Positions 39,306 to 49,790 of a stretch of DNA of 64,000 bases are shown piece after piece. Origin of the DNA: a virus; the IMG/VR virus record IMGVR_UViG_3300033145_001324, positions 6,059 to 70,058 of that record; one strand, given 5' to 3'. Both the position numbers and the translations under genes were made by a program. Each line of letters opens with the position of its first letter. Position 1 is the first letter of the stretch. Below the pieces are notes generated by a model, which saw only the letters and a program-made list of their open reading frames with translations, was not told the DNA's origin and made no database searches.

Positions 39306-39933
39306 TAGGAAGAGATTGAACAGGATTAGGGATGAATTTGGTAGAGGGTTTGAATATCTTAGTCAAATAAAAAGAGGAGTTGTTATTTTTGGCTCTGCAA
39401 GAACTAAGAAAGACAGCCCACAATACAAATCTGCTTACGACTTATCTTATCAATTAGCCAAAAAGAAATTTTCTATTATTACTGGAGCAGGTAAAGGGCT
39501 TATGGAAGCTGCTAATAAAGGTGCGTATGATGCCAATGGAATTTCGGTTGGGTTAAATATTGAATTACCTAAATTTCAAGATAAGAATGATTATATTAAT
39601 CGTTATATTTGTTTCAAACATTTTTATACAAGAAAAGTTATGTTCGCTAAATATTCTTTTGCTTCTATTTCTTGTCCTGGTGGATATGGCACAGCAGATG
39701 AAATATTTGACCAATTAGCGATTTTACAAAACGGAAAAATTCCTCCAAGACCTTTTATATTATTTGGAACGAAATTTTATAAAGGATTGATAGACTGGCT
39801 TAAATATTTAAAAGAGGATAAAAAATTAAGCCAAAGAGATTTTGATTTGTTTAAAGTAACCGATAGTATTGATGAAGTTGTTAGTATTATAGAACGTGAA
39901 TATAATGGCAGGAAAAAGAGGTTTATGATATAA
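39292..39933 (+). CDS. LOG-family nucleotide monophosphate phosphoribohydrolase
   Basis: FGSAR, TGAG.GLMEAANKGA, FYTRKVMF, PGGYGTADE. Confidence 0.9.
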   Translation: MRKSDRKRLNRIRDEFGRGFEYLSQIKRGVVIFGSARTKKDSPQYKSAYDLSYQLAKKKFSIITGAGKGLMEAANKGAYDANGISVGLNIELPKFQDKNDYINRYICFKHFYTRKVMFAKYSFASISCPGGYGTADEIFDQLAILQNGKIPPRPFILFGTKFYKGLIDWLKYLKEDKKLSQRDFDLFKVTDSIDEVVSIIEREYNGRKKRFMI

Positions 39934-41144
39934 TGAAGAAAAAAATTCCTATTATAATAGCTTTAATCTGTATGGGGCAATATAGTGTGCAAGGTATCTC
40001 TTCTTTGCCAGGTCAGTGTATATATTATTTAACCCGTGAAGCTTGGGGATTATCGGCTACTATGTTAGGGTTGATAAGTTGGGTGGTCGGAATTGCTTGG
40101 AGTATTAAAATTATTTGGGGATTTTTTGTAGATAACGTTTCTATTAAAGGCAAAAGAACTACTTATTATTTAATAGGAAGTTATTTATTATTGCTATTAA
40201 GTTACGCATATATTGTTATCTTTGGTTTAAATTTAATAACTTTGATTATAACAGGAGTAATAATTAATACTTGTATAGCATTTGCAGATGTAACAGTAGA
40301 CCGAGAAATGGTTATTACTGAACAAAAATTGAAGTTAAAAGGTCGTTTACAGTCTCTACAATGGTCCAGTTTAGGCATAGCAGGGCTTGTAGTAGCACTA
40401 TTAGGAGCATATATAGCCAAATACCTACCAGAACACCTAAATTATAGAGTAGCTTATGCTTTGGCAGGGGTGATTCCTTTTGCTATGTTAATTTATATAT
40501 CTACTAAATTTAAAGAACGTAAATTAAGAATGACAAAAAAACATAACTTTTTAAAAATTTTTAAGACGAATATTATAAAAATAAAGAATAAACGTCTATT
40601 AATAGGGTTATTATTTGTAGCGTGTTTACAGTTTTGTCCTTCTTTTGGCACAGCATTAATGATTCGCTGTAGAGAAACCTTGGGCGTAGACAAATTATTC
40701 TTAGGTTATTTAGGTGCAATGGGAACTGTTTTAGGAGTAATAGGATATTTTATTTATTATAAATGGGCTTATAAATTTCCTATGAAAAAATTATTATATT
40801 TTATGGTATTGTTTTCGGCTATCACTAATTTATTTTATCTTTACTTACCTAATCAGTGGATATTGCTTCTTTATAATTTAGCGTTTGGAGCGTTTGGAGG
40901 TATTACATTTATGACCTTGTTAGCGTTCTTTGTTCGGATTATACCTAAAGGTAGCGAGGCTTTCTTTTATGCATTGGTTACATCAGTATCAAATTTTTGT
41001 GCAAGAGGTGGAAATTTTTTCGGAGGATTAATATTTGATAATTTTGGTTATTATGTTACTGTAATAGTTTCCACAGTAGCTACATTGTTTTGTTTATTAT
41101 TGATACCTTATTTGAAAATAGGAGACAATTTATGCAATTCGTAG
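39933..41144 (+). CDS. MFS transporter, BT1 (folate/biopterin)-like
   Basis: ~12 TM; W.IK..WG..VD...I.G.R..YY, A.ADV.VD...V, G.LQS..W, P.G.EA..YA...S..N. Confidence 0.75.
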   Translation: MKKKIPIIIALICMGQYSVQGISSLPGQCIYYLTREAWGLSATMLGLISWVVGIAWSIKIIWGFFVDNVSIKGKRTTYYLIGSYLLLLLSYAYIVIFGLNLITLIITGVIINTCIAFADVTVDREMVITEQKLKLKGRLQSLQWSSLGIAGLVVALLGAYIAKYLPEHLNYRVAYALAGVIPFAMLIYISTKFKERKLRMTKKHNFLKIFKTNIIKIKNKRLLIGLLFVACLQFCPSFGTALMIRCRETLGVDKLFLGYLGAMGTVLGVIGYFIYYKWAYKFPMKKLLYFMVLFSAITNLFYLYLPNQWILLLYNLAFGAFGGITFMTLLAFFVRIIPKGSEAFFYALVTSVSNFCARGGNFFGGLIFDNFGYYVTVIVSTVATLFCLLLIPYLKIGDNLCNS

Positions 41145-41359
41145 ATATACTTGGTTGGATAGGCAATATAGGTTTTATTCTTGGGTCTTTTCTTATAGCA
41201 AGAAAGAAAATATCTGGTTTTTACTATTTTGGATTGGCTAATGCTATATATGTTGTAATAGGTATATTATTAAAAACTTCGAGTCTATCAGTTATATCTG
41301 CTTATTTATTCGCAATGAACGTTTATGGAATTATTAACTGGAGGAGGAAAATAAAATGA
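41132..41359 (+). CDS. Three-TM PnuC-like (nicotinamide riboside transporter half) protein
   Basis: LIARKK..GF...AN..Y...NVYGIINW pattern; start reassigned to MQFVD. Confidence 0.55.
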   Translation: MQFVDILGWIGNIGFILGSFLIARKKISGFYYFGLANAIYVVIGILLKTSSLSVISAYLFAMNVYGIINWRRKIK

Positions 41360-41874
41360 AAACAAGAAAAGTTGAATCAGTAGAAACAATGATGAAAAAA
41401 TTAAATAAGGAAAGAGCTAAAGACAAGAAAGAGCATCCTATAAAATATTATAGCGAAAGATTGTATTATAAAACTGTTAATTTTTTAGAGCTAATTCCTT
41501 TAAACGTTAAAACTTTTATCCAGCGAGGAAAACGAGGATATGGAATTTCAGATGTTTGGAGTTTGAATTATTATTTACCTGATGTAATAGAACATTCTGT
41601 TAGAGATTTAAAGAAAAACTTCAACGGGCATCCTTGCGATTTAACAGAAGGACAATGGGTAGATATTCTTAATGCTATTTCTTATACTTTTTCTCTGGTT
41701 AAAGAATGTTCAGAAGGAGATTTATGTTTAATTAGAGATAAAAAGGATAGAGGAAAATTTGATAAAACTTTTAAAGATAAAGTTGATTATAGATATATGA
41801 CTCCAAAAGAAATAAAAGAATATGACCTTGGCTGGAAATACTTTAAAGAATATATTTTCGGATTATGGGATTGA
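41356..41874 (+). CDS. Conserved phage hypothetical protein
   Basis: FIQRG.RGY..SD.W, G.P, W..IL..I, F.EY...LWD. Confidence 0.65.
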   Translation: MKTRKVESVETMMKKLNKERAKDKKEHPIKYYSERLYYKTVNFLELIPLNVKTFIQRGKRGYGISDVWSLNYYLPDVIEHSVRDLKKNFNGHPCDLTEGQWVDILNAISYTFSLVKECSEGDLCLIRDKKDRGKFDKTFKDKVDYRYMTPKEIKEYDLGWKYFKEYIFGLWD

Positions 41875-42017
41875 TATGAGATATTTAATTTTTTGTGGAA
41901 TAATTATAGGAATTATAATAGAAGTTAAATTATTTTTGACGATTTTACCTTATGTTAGAAATAAAGGTATTGGCAACTTGTTTATGTATAACGAGTTATA
42001 ACAATAGAATTTATTTA

Positions 42018-42066
42018 AAATAAATCTATTATTTACTTGACTTAACACTTTACAGTATGATATAAT
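42018..42066 (+). promoter_or_regulatory. Class A promoter
   Basis: AAATCTATTATTTAC-TTGACT-18 bp-(TGA)TATAAT. Confidence 0.82.
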
Positions 42067-42086
42067 AAAAATAAAAGGATGATTTT

Positions 42087-43157
42087 ATGAATAAAGATAA
42101 ACAGTTATTAAAAAGTTTAGTTATGATGCCTTCTCCCTCTGGATATGAGCGAGAATTAGCAGAGCATGTAAAAAATATACTACTTGCTTCTGTTCCTAAA
42201 TCAAGAATAGATATTGATTTTCATAATAATGTAATTGTTACTATTCCTGGACAAACGGATAAGTTAATAATGTTGGACGCTCACAGTGACCAATTGGGTT
42301 TTCTTATAAATAATATTGATAAAGGAGGGTATATAAGTTTAGTTCCTATAGGAGGACATGATTTATCTTTGCTAAGAGGAAGAAAAGTTTTGATTTTAAA
42401 TAATAAAAAAGAACCTATAACTGGTGTAATCGGATGTAAACCTATACATTTAATGGAAGATGAAACAGATGAAGTTCCTGACAGAGTTAGTGATGTTACT
42501 TTAGATATAGGTATAAGAGGATATAAAAATGTGTCTAAAATTGTTTCGATAGGAGACCCTGTTGTATTACAGCCTGAGTTTTCTGAATTAAGAGACAACT
42601 ATTATATGGGTAGTGGGTTTGATGATAAAGCAGGGTGTTATATGCTGATTAAAATAATAAAAGCTATTACACGTCAAAAGAATAAGCCTTATGCAACTTT
42701 AAAAGTAGTTTTCTCTGTTCAAGAAGAAGTGGGTTGTATAGGAGCTAAAGAAGTTGCTTTTAGATACCAACCAGATTTGTTTATAGGATGTGATGTTACT
42801 TTTGCTACAGACCAACCTGATGTTGACGAAAGAAGAGTAGGTAGATGTGTTCTTGGGAAAGGTATAGCAATTTATAAAGGAATAAATATACATCAACCAT
42901 CTGTAAATTTATTAGGTTCTATAGCAAATAAAAAGAAATTAAAAGTTCAATATTTAGCTACATCTAATGCAGGAGGAACCAATGCAAAATCAGTAGCAAA
43001 TATATGTGGAGGAATTAAAGTAGTTGATATAGGTATACCTCTCCGCAACATGCATTCTCCTGTAGAAATAATTAATCTACAAGATATAAATAATGCTGAA
43101 AAATTAATTGTAAACTTTTTAATGAATAAAAAATTAAAGAACGTAATAGAGAAATAA
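42087..43157 (+). CDS. M42 family aminopeptidase
   Basis: SPSGYE, DAHSDQLG, DDKAG, QEEVG, DVT, RNMHSP. Confidence 0.9.
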   Translation: MNKDKQLLKSLVMMPSPSGYERELAEHVKNILLASVPKSRIDIDFHNNVIVTIPGQTDKLIMLDAHSDQLGFLINNIDKGGYISLVPIGGHDLSLLRGRKVLILNNKKEPITGVIGCKPIHLMEDETDEVPDRVSDVTLDIGIRGYKNVSKIVSIGDPVVLQPEFSELRDNYYMGSGFDDKAGCYMLIKIIKAITRQKNKPYATLKVVFSVQEEVGCIGAKEVAFRYQPDLFIGCDVTFATDQPDVDERRVGRCVLGKGIAIYKGINIHQPSVNLLGSIANKKKLKVQYLATSNAGGTNAKSVANICGGIKVVDIGIPLRNMHSPVEIINLQDINNAEKLIVNFLMNKKLKNVIEK

Positions 43158-43163
43158 AGGATA

Positions 43164-43625
43164 ATGGAAATGATGTATTTAGACTATTTAATGAAAATTG
43201 GACTTTCTTTGATTTTAGGGGGTTTAATTGGTTTCGAGCGAGACCAACAAAATAAACCTATGGGATTAAGAGATGTTATTTTTGTATCATTAGGAGCTAC
43301 TTTATTAACTATTTTATCGTTTGAATTACCTAAAATAATACCCACAACTGTTAATTATGATATAGGTAGAATTATGGCATATTTGGTTGGTGGGTGTGGT
43401 TGGCTCGGAGCAGGGGTTATTATAAATAACAAGAATAAATTTGAAGGAATAACAACAGCAAGTTTACTTTTTTCCATTTTAGCCATTGGATTTTTCTGCG
43501 GATTAGGATTATATGCTTTGGCTATTATTTCTACAGTAGCAATTTATATTACATTAAAGTTAAAACATGTAAAGATTGAGTTGGAGAAAGGAGTGAAGAA
43601 ATGTCGAAAGAAAAGAAGAAAGTAG
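43164..43625 (+). CDS. MgtC/SapB family membrane protein
   Basis: LGGLIGFER...KP.GLR, D.GRI.A...G.G.LGAG.I, GITTA. Confidence 0.85.
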   Translation: MEMMYLDYLMKIGLSLILGGLIGFERDQQNKPMGLRDVIFVSLGATLLTILSFELPKIIPTTVNYDIGRIMAYLVGGCGWLGAGVIINNKNKFEGITTASLLFSILAIGFFCGLGLYALAIISTVAIYITLKLKHVKIELEKGVKKCRKKRRK

Positions 43626-44097
43626 AAATAATTAAAATAGACGATAGTAGAGAATGCTATATATGCAAAGGCAATGATACTTCTTGTCGAGCTTGTAAAG
43701 GAACAGGGATATTTAAAGAATATCATTATCAATTCATTTTTGATGGTATGTGTTTCCAATCTGATAATTTAGCATAAAGGATGTGATGATTTTTGAGAAT
43801 ATTAAAATGGGTAAAAAATTTATTTATAAATCTGAGTATAACTTTAATATTTGCTTTTTTAATATTTAAGGATATGATGAATAAATCAAATAAGGGAGAT
43901 TTTGAATGAGTTATTTACAAAGATATATTCTAATTTTATTGTTTATGACAGCGATACCTCATATTATATATGAATCAGTAAAATATTATAATCCCTCAGA
44001 AAAAAGTTCACTTTGGGATTGGTTTTTAGTTAATGTAGAATATGAATGGCATACCTTGAGATATGACATCACCAGTTAAATTAAAGGAATCATAAAA

Positions 44098-45972
44098 ATG
44101 CAAAAGAATATAATAGAAAGTAAAATATTAGATTATTTAAAAATAAAAAGAATCAAAGTAACAAAAAAAGGACCTACTCTTATCATAGATTGTCCTGTTT
44201 GCAAAGGCGAACAAGTATGTATTAAAATACCCAATGTTCATAAATTTTACTGTCATACCTGCCAAAAAGGTTATACTATCTTTGATTTTGCTATCGAACT
44301 TGAAAAGAAATATCCAGATAATGAAAAAGAGCAGATACATTTTTTAAAGGAATTACTGAATATAGATATAATTACATCTATTGATGAAGAAAATATTGAG
44401 AAGATATTAAAATTTTATGAACAAAACAGTTTCGATTTAGTTGCAATAGCCAAAAATCAAAAAATTCCGATAGAATCAGGATGGACTACTAAGAATCATA
44501 AAGATATTGTAGAATGGAAAAGATGGCTTGGGGATGGATTAAATATCGGGGTTAAAACTGGTAAAATGAGTGGAATAACTATTTTAGATGTTGACCAAAA
44601 GCCTATACCAGAAGAAATAAAGAAAATAATGGGGAATACTTTAATACAAGAAAGCACTCATGGTTATCATTTATTTTATAAATATGAAGAAGATTTACCT
44701 AAAACTCGTATAGATGAATATAAGATTGATTTAGAGAATGATGGCGGTCAAGTGGTAATATCTCCTTCTAAAATAGATAACATTAAACGTAAAATCTCAC
44801 TTACTCCAATTATTAAAATGCCTGACGAATTAAAGAAACTGATAGTAAGTAAAATCACAGTTCCTCGTAAGACTGCAAGCGAAAGTATAAGAGAAGCTAT
44901 TGATAGCGAATCATTTAAAATAGACCCAAAAGATTTGCAATTAATTAATAATGGATTAGAAGGTTGTTGCAATTCTTCCTTTACTAAATTGGGAGGAATT
45001 TTTCGTAAACAGTTGAATATTAAACAAACAGGATATGTCTTACATACTTTAAATAAACATCTTTTAGAAAAACCAATGCCTCCTAAAACTATAAACGATA
45101 TGTTAAGACAATTAGATAAATATTGTCATTTTGATGAAACTGAATTGGCTCATGAGATTGTAGATTATCTGAAACATGTAGAAGAATCGAATAGAACAGA
45201 AATTGCTATGGCTATAGTTGGAACCAATAGAGGAGAAGATAAGAAACGAGTTGATACGGTTTTAGCGTATTTGGTTAAAGAAGGGATTATTATAAAAGTA
45301 GGTAAAAACAATTATTCCATTATTAACAGTTTGGAATGGTCTGGTAAATTGTTAAATGTTGGAGTCCCTGTAGATTTCAAAATGCCATTTTTTCATGAAT
45401 GGGTTAATTTGAATTGGGAAGATTTAATTATAATAGGTTCTCGTAACAAATATGGAAAAACAACCCTTGCAATGAATATTGTAAAAAGATTTTTAGACCA
45501 AGGAATAGCAATAGATTATATATTTAATGAGAGTGGTGGTAAATATGCCAAAACAGCTTTGCATCTTGGTATGAAAGATGATGATTTTGATAGTGCTTGG
45601 GTCAAAGACCCAAATAAAGTTATTTTAAGAAAAAATAAAGTGACAATTTTTGACTGGGTTAAACCAACGGATTTTGCAAGAACTGATAATGTATTTGCTA
45701 ATTTAGTAGAAGCAGTTAAAAAGACACATGGGTTTCTTATATGTTTTGTTCAGTTAAGAGAAGAAGATACTTTCTTTGCAAAAGACCAAATAGCACAATT
45801 CCCTGCTATGGTTGCAAGATACTTATATGAAGATGAAATCGGAGAAAATACTAAATTTATAATTGACCAAGCCAGAGATGCAAAGGTCAGAGGAAAAAAA
45901 TGGGAAATTGTATGCAAATATGACTGGGATACTAAATTGGTTAAAACAATAGAAGAAATAGAAAATGAATAA
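44098..45972 (+). CDS. Zn-finger / bifunctional primase-polymerase / P-loop helicase-like fusion
   Basis: CPVC..CHTC; NIGVKTG..ILDVD..GYHLFY; C-terminal GKTT and IFDWV. Confidence 0.8.
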   Translation: MQKNIIESKILDYLKIKRIKVTKKGPTLIIDCPVCKGEQVCIKIPNVHKFYCHTCQKGYTIFDFAIELEKKYPDNEKEQIHFLKELLNIDIITSIDEENIEKILKFYEQNSFDLVAIAKNQKIPIESGWTTKNHKDIVEWKRWLGDGLNIGVKTGKMSGITILDVDQKPIPEEIKKIMGNTLIQESTHGYHLFYKYEEDLPKTRIDEYKIDLENDGGQVVISPSKIDNIKRKISLTPIIKMPDELKKLIVSKITVPRKTASESIREAIDSESFKIDPKDLQLINNGLEGCCNSSFTKLGGIFRKQLNIKQTGYVLHTLNKHLLEKPMPPKTINDMLRQLDKYCHFDETELAHEIVDYLKHVEESNRTEIAMAIVGTNRGEDKKRVDTVLAYLVKEGIIIKVGKNNYSIINSLEWSGKLLNVGVPVDFKMPFFHEWVNLNWEDLIIIGSRNKYGKTTLAMNIVKRFLDQGIAIDYIFNESGGKYAKTALHLGMKDDDFDSAWVKDPNKVILRKNKVTIFDWVKPTDFARTDNVFANLVEAVKKTHGFLICFVQLREEDTFFAKDQIAQFPAMVARYLYEDEIGENTKFIIDQARDAKVRGKKWEIVCKYDWDTKLVKTIEEIENE

Positions 45973-46639
45973 GGATGTAATTAAAATGTCAATAAAAATT
46001 TATAAAAATAAATGTAAATACCTCAATACTTTAACTGAAGAATTTTTAAGAAATTCTTATATATATAATAAAAACTCCACTAGAACTATAGCATTGAGTC
46101 TTAATTGTGATAAAAATATTATCCTTTATTGGTTGAAAAAATATAATATTAAAAGAAGAACTATAAGTGAAGCAAATAAAGGGAGAGTCTCTTTTCGTAA
46201 AGGCAAACATTTATCTAAATCACATGGAAATAACATACGACTCGCTTTAATAGGAAGAAAATTAACTAGAATTCATAGAATGAAAATTAGTGAAAACCAT
46301 GCAAATGTATCAGGTGTAAATAATGGATTTTATGGTAAAGAACACACACAAGCCCAAAGAAAAAAGTGGTCTTTGATTCATGGTGGTAATGGCAAGCCTT
46401 ATGATTATGATGAATATAATATAACGTTTTATAGAGCTCGTAAACAAATTTTATTAAGAGATAAAGATACCTGTCAAAAATGTTTTTCTAATGGGCTATG
46501 TGTTCATCATATAGATTATAATAAAAATAACAACAAATTAACTAATTTAATTGCCTTGTGTTCCAAATGTCATGGATTAACCAATTTTGATAGAGATTAT
46601 TGGTATGCTTATTTTACTTATATAAGGGAGAACAAATAA
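45965..46639 (+). CDS. NUMOD3-HNH homing endonuclease
   Basis: RD..CQKC..VHHIDYNK.NN...NLIALC.KCH..N..RDYWYAY. Confidence 0.85.
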   Translation: MNKDVIKMSIKIYKNKCKYLNTLTEEFLRNSYIYNKNSTRTIALSLNCDKNIILYWLKKYNIKRRTISEANKGRVSFRKGKHLSKSHGNNIRLALIGRKLTRIHRMKISENHANVSGVNNGFYGKEHTQAQRKKWSLIHGGNGKPYDYDEYNITFYRARKQILLRDKDTCQKCFSNGLCVHHIDYNKNNNKLTNLIALCSKCHGLTNFDRDYWYAYFTYIRENK

Positions 46640-47211
46640 TGAAACCAATTAAAAAAATAAAAAAATCTACTGTAGAGACTTTTTTGGAAGCAGAATTGAT
46701 TCCTAATAAAACTGTATTGGGTGTAGATGTTTCTATGCATAGCACTGGGTTGGCGTTAATTAGAACAACAGATTCTTATTTAATAGTAGAGAAATTAGAC
46801 GTTATTAAAGTTCCTAAAAATAATAAATCTTTTTTATCAAGTGCGGATTCTTTTTTAGAACAATTAGACCAAATTAAAAGAGAAATTATATCTTATATAA
46901 ATTTAAATAAAGTTGTTATTGAGGACTGTTTTTTCGGACAAAATGTTAAAACACTTAAATCTTTAGCTCGATTTGGTATACTTGTCTATGAACGTTTTAG
47001 AGGCTGTTCTGAAGAATGTCATTTTGAATTACCTACTACCGCAAGAAGAAAAATAAAATTTAAAAAATCTGGTAAAACAATAAAAGGACCCAAACTTAAA
47101 AAAGAAATTATAGAATATATTAATGCTGCGTTAGATATTAACTTAAAATCAACAGAAAACGATAAAGCAGATGCAGTTGTTCTTGCATTAGCTGGATTAA
47201 CTAAGGAGTAA
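46639..47211 (+). CDS. ruvC: RuvC-like Holliday junction resolvase
   Basis: LGVDVS..STG, VIEDCFF..N, NDKADAV. Confidence 0.75.
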   Translation: MKPIKKIKKSTVETFLEAELIPNKTVLGVDVSMHSTGLALIRTTDSYLIVEKLDVIKVPKNNKSFLSSADSFLEQLDQIKREIISYINLNKVVIEDCFFGQNVKTLKSLARFGILVYERFRGCSEECHFELPTTARRKIKFKKSGKTIKGPKLKKEIIEYINAALDINLKSTENDKADAVVLALAGLTKE

Positions 47212-47217
47212 ATTATT

Positions 47218-48192
47218 ATGACTAAAAAACCAAAAAATGAAAAATTAGATAAGCTTCTTAAAAAAATGGAAGCCAAATATACTGTTAATAAAGCTTCTGA
47301 TATTGTTGTTGAGCCTAAGATAAGAACTGGTGTTTATGCTCTTGACTATGTGCTTGACGGAGGAATTTCTCAGTATAATGGTGGGCATATAATGGAATTT
47401 TATGGTGGAGAAAGTTCAGGCAAAACTACTTTTTGTTTACATGTAATAAAGAAGTATCAATCTTTAGATAAAATTTGTGTGTTTATAAATGCTGAAGGAG
47501 GATATGACCCAATGTGGGCTAATATATGTGGAGTAGATAACGATAATCTTCTAATTGTCCATCCAAAAAGCTTAGAAGAAGCAGGGGGAGCCTTGTTAGA
47601 TTCTATTCCAAACGTTGATTTAATAATTGTAGACAGTGTGGCTGCTTTGATTCCTGAAGAAGAAATAAATAAAACTTTAAGTGATAAAAATATGGCAAGT
47701 CAATCTAAAGTATTTTCACCAATGTGTAGAAAAATAAATAAAATAAGACAAAAACATAAAACTTCTATTATTTTTATAAATCAAATGAGAGAAAAAGTAG
47801 GTGTAATGTATGGAAATCCTGAACACACTCCAGGTGGTAGAGCATTAAGACATCTTTATGACAGTAGGGTTCAATTTAGAGCTGGTAAACCTATTGATAT
47901 AGGTAGCGGAGATAAAAAAGAACGGATAGGTATGGAGATAAATCTATTTGGAAAGAAAAACAAAAAAGGTATTGCCTTTAGAAGAGCTGTATTGGATTTT
48001 TACACGAATGGAGACGTAGATAATACTAAAAGTTTATTCTTCGCTGCTTTAAAGTTTAATATTATAAATTTGAGTGGAAAAACCTATACTTGGAATGAGA
48101 AAAAAGTGGTAGGCAAAGATGCTTTTATGAAAGAAATGACAGATAAAGAATGGAATAAGTTAGAGAAAGAGGTTTTTAAGGTAAGCAAATGA
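47218..48192 (+). CDS. recA: RecA/UvsX recombinase
   Basis: YGGESSGKTT, IVDSVAAL.P, IFINQ.REK.G.MYG.PE.TPGG.AL. Confidence 0.92.
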   Translation: MTKKPKNEKLDKLLKKMEAKYTVNKASDIVVEPKIRTGVYALDYVLDGGISQYNGGHIMEFYGGESSGKTTFCLHVIKKYQSLDKICVFINAEGGYDPMWANICGVDNDNLLIVHPKSLEEAGGALLDSIPNVDLIIVDSVAALIPEEEINKTLSDKNMASQSKVFSPMCRKINKIRQKHKTSIIFINQMREKVGVMYGNPEHTPGGRALRHLYDSRVQFRAGKPIDIGSGDKKERIGMEINLFGKKNKKGIAFRRAVLDFYTNGDVDNTKSLFFAALKFNIINLSGKTYTWNEKKVVGKDAFMKEMTDKEWNKLEKEVFKVSK

Positions 48193-48938
48193 AAAAAGAT
48201 AACTTAAAATTTTATTGGGGAGACGAAGAAGTAACAGAAGAAGAGTATAACGATTTGTGGGCTTTGGTTGAATTGAAGGAGGAATATCGTGGCGAAGAAA
48301 AATAAAATAGAAATATTAAATAGAGCTTATCAATTATTTGGCGAAGCGTTAAAGATAGTAAAAGATGCCTATCCGAAAGATAATGATGTAGAATATTATT
48401 ATTGGAAAATGAATAAAATTAACCAGAAGATGCATCAATATTTGGTGAAGAAATTCCAACAACAGCATGTGGATGAAGAGTTTGAAAAGATGATAAAGAA
48501 ATTAAGGAGAAAGTAATGGATAAACCTAAAGATAAATATGAATTTGGTAGATGTAAGAAGTGTTTTAAAAACGAGATTCCGTTAAAGAATGGATATTGTA
48601 TAGATTGTGTTCATAGTGCTGATTTACCTGATTGCTTTAAGGATTTATTTGATGGGTTTAAAAATAAGAGTTTTGGAATTTAAAAAATGAAAGGGAAGAA
48701 AAATGGGAATAAGAGATGAAATTGAAGTTATTATAGGAGGGATATTGATAAATGGAAAGAGATATTTTATAGTAGTTACTCCTGTTCCAAAAAAAGGGAA
48801 ACATACTGTAATAGCCTATGATAAAGAAACTGGTAACAGTGTAGCTACTGCTGATATTAAAGTAAAAGATATAAAAAATATAGAAGCAATAATAAAAACA
48901 CAACAAGAATTAATCAGAAAAATAAAAGGAGAAAACAA

Positions 48939-49385
48939 ATGAGAATAAGAGAGATTGAAAAGTTGTTTCAAGACGAAAATACTGTAGATTTGGTGTTAGA
49001 AGATTTAGTAAAAGATATGGAGATGGTGGATACTTGGATAGATACTTCTTTATCAGATTTAAATGATAACGCTGAAGAAATCAAAAAGGCGTTAAACCAA
49101 CTTTCTATTGCTTATGGAAATTTAAGAATAGTTTTAGGCGTAGCCGAGACTGAATATAGGAATAGAGAAGTAAGATATTATAATCAGATGAAGATGACAG
49201 CAGAAGCAGAAGGTAAAAAATTCGTATCTGGACAAGCTGATAGAGAATCATCGCTACACGTTGCAGAATATAGACGTATCAGGAACATTGTTCAGGCTTA
49301 TAAAGAATCTGCTGATAAAAGAATAATTACCTTACAGAGTATACTTAAAGATATAAATAAAGATTATAACCATCCAAAGGAATAA
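48939..49385 (+). CDS. Helical protein, possible UvsY-like recombination mediator
   Basis: All-helical 148 aa near recA; inference from size and context. Confidence 0.35.
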   Translation: MRIREIEKLFQDENTVDLVLEDLVKDMEMVDTWIDTSLSDLNDNAEEIKKALNQLSIAYGNLRIVLGVAETEYRNREVRYYNQMKMTAEAEGKKFVSGQADRESSLHVAEYRRIRNIVQAYKESADKRIITLQSILKDINKDYNHPKE

Positions 49386-49388
49386 ATT

Positions 49389-49790
49389 ATGGATACTAAT
49401 AATGTATTCAAGGTGTGGGGGACACGAAGACGATTACTTTTAACAGAGACTTCAGAAATAGATTTGGTTCATGTTAAAAAAGATTCTTTTTGTTCTCGGC
49501 ATTATCATAATAAAAAAATTAATAGATTTGTAGTGATTTCTGGTAAAATACAGATACAGTCAGCATATGGTAATGTTATTTTAAAAGCCAATGAAAGTTT
49601 CGAAGTTCGTCCTACATTAGAACACAGATTTTTTGCTATAGAAGATTCTATAATGGTGGAATTGGCTTTTGTAGAAGAAGGAGTTATTAATGCTGATGAT
49701 ATTGTGCGGATTAAACAAGGTGGCAGAGTAGTTGACAATAAAGCTTATACTTTGAAAGAGCTGAAAGAGAAAGGAATGCTTGAGTTATGA
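49389..49790 (+). CDS. Cupin-domain protein
   Basis: KVWG, CSRHYH..K...F.V.SG, HRF, DIVR. Confidence 0.75.
   Translation: MDTNNVFKVWGTRRRLLLTETSEIDLVHVKKDSFCSRHYHNKKINRFVVISGKIQIQSAYGNVILKANESFEVRPTLEHRFFAIEDSIMVELAFVEEGVINADDIVRIKQGGRVVDNKAYTLKELKEKGMLEL

Noticed and set aside
35288-44000. Host chromosomal contamination explaining the bacterial-like genes
   Set aside because: Same AT richness, interleaved phage-type small ORFs and the phage class A promoter at 42018.
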